A stretch of DNA of 64,000 bases from NCBI GenBank assembly GCA_965249275.1, contig CBDFLQ010000005.1:160001-224000 (forward strand), in the 5' to 3' direction. Positions 60,544-64,000 of this stretch are shown here, one piece after another; position 1 is the stretch's first letter, and each line of letters opens with the position of its first letter. This DNA comes from Dehalococcoidia bacterium. Its GTDB lineage: Bacteria > Chloroflexota > Dehalococcoidia > Plut-88900. The translations under genes were made by a program, and so were the position numbers. Below the pieces are notes generated by a model that was not told the DNA's origin, ran no database searches, and worked only from the letters and a program-made list of their open reading frames with translations.

Positions 60544-61377
60544 CTACGGCCGCCACCCCTCGGGGATGGGGCCGGTGGGTGGGTAACCTCCCTGGTCGTC
60601 GTGGGTCTCGCCACCGTATATTGGCGGGTTGAAGACACTCATCAGGTAGAACCCGGTGCTGGACTTCAACTGGTGCCGGTCTTTAGGCCCGACCACGTAC
60701 AGCGTGCCCGGGTACAGGTCCCACTTCTCGCCAGTTGTCTTGTCTTCGACGGAACCCTCGCCTTCGAATATGTAGTTGGCCTCGACGTGGTTCTGGTACC
60801 AGAGGACGATGCCATCGCCCGCAGGGGCGCGGGGCGTGGATATAGTGAACCCGCACTCGTCATCATGGGTGAGGTAGCGGTATGCCTTGGTGCGCCCGTG
60901 GCTTATGCCGACCACGCGGGTCTCCGAGAGCCTTCTTACGAACATGGTCCGGCCGGATTCTCCCTGCCAGGCGGAGGGAATCTCGCCGGTAGGCGGGTAG
61001 GACCCGTCGGCGTCATGCCTCTCGTTGCCCATTGTAGGGGGGCAAAACACGCTGACTATGTGCGCATCTGACTTGGCCGTACCCCGGTGCCGGTCCTTCG
61101 GGCCGACAACGTAAAGGTCCCCGGGGCCCAGGACCCAGCTGTCGCCGCTGGTCAAGTCAGTCAACTCCATTTCGCCGGTAACGATGAGGTTTCCCTCCAC
61201 GTGATTCTTGTAATGCAGGTCTGTGGACATGCCCGCAGAGATGCGGACGTCGGAAAAGGAGAAGCCACAGCCGTCAGCCTTGGTGAGCAGGCGCCTGCCC
61301 TGAAGTTTCTTGTCGCCGTCGACCCGCAGCATCTCCTTGTCCGTTCCGGCCAGGTCTTCCACTCTTCTAACGAACAT
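60544..61377 (-). CDS. Tandem two-domain ectoine synthase-like cupin, copy B (277 aa)
   Basis: Same architecture. True start is ATG 61377 after GGAGGTG. Confidence 0.88.
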   Translation of the reverse strand: MFVRRVEDLAGTDKEMLRVDGDKKLQGRRLLTKADGCGFSFSDVRISAGMSTDLHYKNHVEGNLIVTGEMELTDLTSGDSWVLGPGDLYVVGPKDRHRGTAKSDAHIVSVFCPPTMGNERHDADGSYPPTGEIPSAWQGESGRTMFVRRLSETRVVGISHGRTKAYRYLTHDDECGFTISTPRAPAGDGIVLWYQNHVEANYIFEGEGSVEDKTTGEKWDLYPGTLYVVGPKDRHQLKSSTGFYLMSVFNPPIYGGETHDDQGGYPPTGPIPEGWRP

Positions 61378-61399
61378 AACTACACCTCCGGGTTTGGTC

Positions 61400-62233
61400 C
61401 TACGGCCTCCACGCCTCTGGGATGGGACCGTTGGGCGGGTAATTGCCCTCTTCGTCGTGAGTTTCGCCCCCGACAAGGGGCGGGTTGAAGACGCTGAGCA
61501 AGTACGTATCGGTGAACTTCACGGTCTGGTGTCGGTCCTTGGGCCCGACGAAGTACATGGTGCCGGGGGCCAGGTCCCACTTCTCGCCGGTGGTCAGGTC
61601 TTCCACCGTCCCTTCGCCTTCCAGGATGTAGTTCGCCTCCACATGGTTCTTGTACCAGAGGACGATACCCTTGCCCGCAGGGGAGCGGGGTGTCGACATG
61701 GTGAAACCGCAACCGTCCTCCTGGGTGAGGTAGCGGTAGGCCGTGGACTTGCCGTGGCTGATACCGACTACCCTGGTGTCCTCCAGGCGCTTCACGAACA
61801 TAGTCCGCCCATTCTCTCCCTGCCATTCGGGTGGGATTTCGCCGGTGGGCGGGTAGGAGCCGTCCGCGTCGTGCCGCTCGGTGCCGAGGGTCGCGGGGTT
61901 GAAAACGCTGACGATGTGGATGTCGCTCTTGGCGGTGATCCGGTGCCGGTCCTTGGGCCCGACCACATACAAACCTCCGCCGCTCACGTCCCAACTGTTG
62001 CCGTTGTTGAGGTCTTCCACCTTCAAGTCGCCACTGACCACCAGGTTCCCCTCGACGTGGTTCTTGTACCAGAGGTCGATTGACCATCCCTCCGATAGCC
62101 GAACGTCCGACATTGAGAAGCCGCAAGCGTCGGCCTTGGTGACCAGGCGCCTGGACTGCAATCTCTTGTTGCCGTCGACGCGCACCATCTCCTTGTCCGT
62201 GCCGGCGAGCTCCTCCAACGTTCTTACGAACAT
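61400..62233 (-). CDS. Tandem two-domain ectoine synthase-like cupin, copy C (277 aa)
   Basis: Same architecture. GGAGGTG RBS. Confidence 0.88.
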   Translation of the reverse strand: MFVRTLEELAGTDKEMVRVDGNKRLQSRRLVTKADACGFSMSDVRLSEGWSIDLWYKNHVEGNLVVSGDLKVEDLNNGNSWDVSGGGLYVVGPKDRHRITAKSDIHIVSVFNPATLGTERHDADGSYPPTGEIPPEWQGENGRTMFVKRLEDTRVVGISHGKSTAYRYLTQEDGCGFTMSTPRSPAGKGIVLWYKNHVEANYILEGEGTVEDLTTGEKWDLAPGTMYFVGPKDRHQTVKFTDTYLLSVFNPPLVGGETHDEEGNYPPNGPIPEAWRP

Positions 62234-62324
62234 AACTTCACCTCCAGATCCTTTTCATATATACGGGTCTCGGGGGACAGTCTAACTTAAACCGAGAAAG
62301 CGGACACTCACCATTGCCGGCTCT

Positions 62325-63158
62325 CTACGGCCTCCAGGCCTCAGGGATGGGGCCGGTGGGGGGGTAGCCGCCCTGGTCATCGTGGGTCTCATTGCCGACG
62401 AGGGGCGGGTTGAATACGCTCACCAGCGCGAAGGCCGTGTTGAAGGACATCAAGTGCCTATCCTTCGGGCCAACGAAGTACATCGATCCGGGAGCCAGGG
62501 CCCACTTTTCCCCCGTGTTCAGGTCATCGACGGAACCCTGGCCCTCCAGAACGTAGTTGGCCTCGACGTGGTTCTGGTACCACAACTCCTTCCCGTGGCC
62601 CTCCGAGGAACGGGGGTTAGAGATGGTGAAGCCGCAGCCGTCGGCCTGGGTGATGTAGCGGAAGGCTTGGGCACCCGTGCCCCGGACGCCGACGGCCTGG
62701 GCATCGGACTGTCTCTTCACGATCATGCTGCGGCCCGACTCACCAGCCCAGGCAGGTGGAACTTCACCGGTTGGGGGATAAGCGCCGTCTTCGTCAGGGG
62801 TCTCATCGCCTTTGAGCGCTGGGTTGAAAACCGTGACGGCGTGCAATTCGGTCTTGGTCGAGACGTGATGCTTGTCCTTCGGCCCGACCACGTACAAGTC
62901 CCACGCCCCGACCTCCCAGCTCTTGCCGGTGGCGTACTCCGTAACCGTGGCACTGCCGGAGACTATGAGGCTTGCCTCCACATGGTTCTTGTAGTGACAG
63001 TCGATCTCCCAGCCAGCGGAGAGGGTGACGTCGGCGAGGGAAAAGCCGGCGCCGTCATCCCTGGTTACTAATCGGACGGCCTTAAGCCACAGGTCTCCAT
63101 CCTGCCATTTGACTTCCTTGTCGGTGCCTGCGAGATGGTCAAGGGTTCTTACAAACAT
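62325..63158 (-). CDS. Tandem two-domain ectoine synthase-like cupin, copy D (277 aa)
   Basis: Same architecture. GGAGG RBS. Confidence 0.88.
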   Translation of the reverse strand: MFVRTLDHLAGTDKEVKWQDGDLWLKAVRLVTRDDGAGFSLADVTLSAGWEIDCHYKNHVEASLIVSGSATVTEYATGKSWEVGAWDLYVVGPKDKHHVSTKTELHAVTVFNPALKGDETPDEDGAYPPTGEVPPAWAGESGRSMIVKRQSDAQAVGVRGTGAQAFRYITQADGCGFTISNPRSSEGHGKELWYQNHVEANYVLEGQGSVDDLNTGEKWALAPGSMYFVGPKDRHLMSFNTAFALVSVFNPPLVGNETHDDQGGYPPTGPIPEAWRP

Positions 63159-63221
63159 GTCGGGTGTCCTCCGGCAGATATTTCGTATAAGGGGATAAAG
63201 ACTAGTCCGGCCTCAACTCTC

Positions 63222-64000
63222 TCATGCGTACCTAGGTATCCACGCCTCGGGGATGGGGCCGGTGGGCGGGTAGCCGCCCTGGTCATCGTGGGTCTCATTG
63301 CCGACGAGGGGCGGGTTGAATACGCTTAACAGGTAGAAGCCGGTGGTGGTGTTAACCTGGTGCCTGTCCCTGGGGCCCACAAAGTACATGGACCCGGGGA
63401 ACAGGTCCCATTTCTCGCCAGTGGTCAGGTCTTCGGCAGTCCCCTCGCCCTCAATTACATAGTTAGCTTCCACGTGGTTCTTGTAATGGAGCACGATGCC
63501 GTCTCCCGCAGGAGAGCGGGGGGTGGAAATGGTGAAGCCGCATTCATCTGCCTGGGTGAGGTAGCGATAGGCCTTGGCAGCGCCATGGCTAACGCTGACT
63601 TCACGGGTGTCCGCAAGTCTCTTGAGGAACATCGTCCCTCCCGAATCACCGGCCCATGCGGGTGGGACCTCGCCCGTCGGTGGGTATGCGCCGTCCTCAT
63701 CGGGTTTTTCGTTGCCGATAAGCGCGGGGTTAAATACGGTGACGGCGCGCATCTCGGTTTTAGTTGACACGTGGTGCTTGTCCTTCGGCCCGACCACATA
63801 CAAGTCCCCCGGGCCCACGTCCCAGCTTTTGCCGGTGGCATATTCCGTTAGCGTCGCGTTGCCGGAAATGATGAAGCTGGCTTCGATGTGGTGCTTGTAG
63901 TGGCAGTCTATCTCCCATCCTGCAGAAAGCCGGACGTCGGCGAGGGAGAAGCCGACAAGGTCGCTCTTGGTCACAAGCCGCGCGGCTCTGAGCCACAGGT
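63222..64000 (-). CDS. Tandem two-domain ectoine synthase-like cupin, copy E (5' truncated by window)
   Basis: The frame is open to the window edge (LWLRAARLVTK aligns with LWLKAVRLVTR in copy D). Confidence 0.88.
   Translation of the reverse strand, partial: LWLRAARLVTKSDLVGFSLADVRLSAGWEIDCHYKHHIEASFIISGNATLTEYATGKSWDVGPGDLYVVGPKDKHHVSTKTEMRAVTVFNPALIGNEKPDEDGAYPPTGEVPPAWAGDSGGTMFLKRLADTREVSVSHGAAKAYRYLTQADECGFTISTPRSPAGDGIVLHYKNHVEANYVIEGEGTAEDLTTGEKWDLFPGSMYFVGPRDRHQVNTTTGFYLLSVFNPPLVGNETHDDQGGYPPTGPIPEAWIPRYA

Noticed and set aside
61378-61476. 33-aa extension of EctC-like copy B
   Set aside because: It overlaps copy C. ATG 61377 has a strong RBS and gives 277 aa like the paralogs.

Overview
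GC-rich bacterial chromosome segment, most consistent with Chloroflexota class Dehalococcoidia (possibly SAR202-like). This is inferred from the dnaA-obgE-nadD-gyrB gene order and the paralog-rich catabolic content. The left part holds the probable replication origin (fmt, dnaA, AT-rich oriC candidate, obgE, nadD, gyrB), an AT-rich three-gene islet, ruvA/ruvC/yebC, rimM-khpA-rpsP, malic enzyme, and a pstSCAB-phoU operon. That operon is headed by a degenerate GGDEF-ribbon-helix-helix gene and followed by an aquaporin. The right part is accessory and catabolic: two family III CoA-transferases, glutamate dehydrogenase, a cyclic amidohydrolase, two DUF1989 proteins, a TusA-DsrE-(TusA-MetE) cluster, three tandem M20 hydrolases with a remodelled metal site, an intact IS1182-family element, an agmatinase-like enzyme and a kelch lipoprotein. 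The most striking feature is a tandem array of at least five genes at the right end, each encoding a protein with two ectoine-synthase-like cupin domains and no ectA/ectB in the window. Also notable: a hicBA cassette that carries a duplicate of the gdh promoter, RBS and first codons; a DnaA with a non-canonical recognition helix beside an origin lacking perfect DnaA boxes; and a flip in repeat orientation and GC skew near 27 kb. No rRNA, tRNA or CRISPR array was recognised. All family calls come from motif recognition by eye, not database searches.
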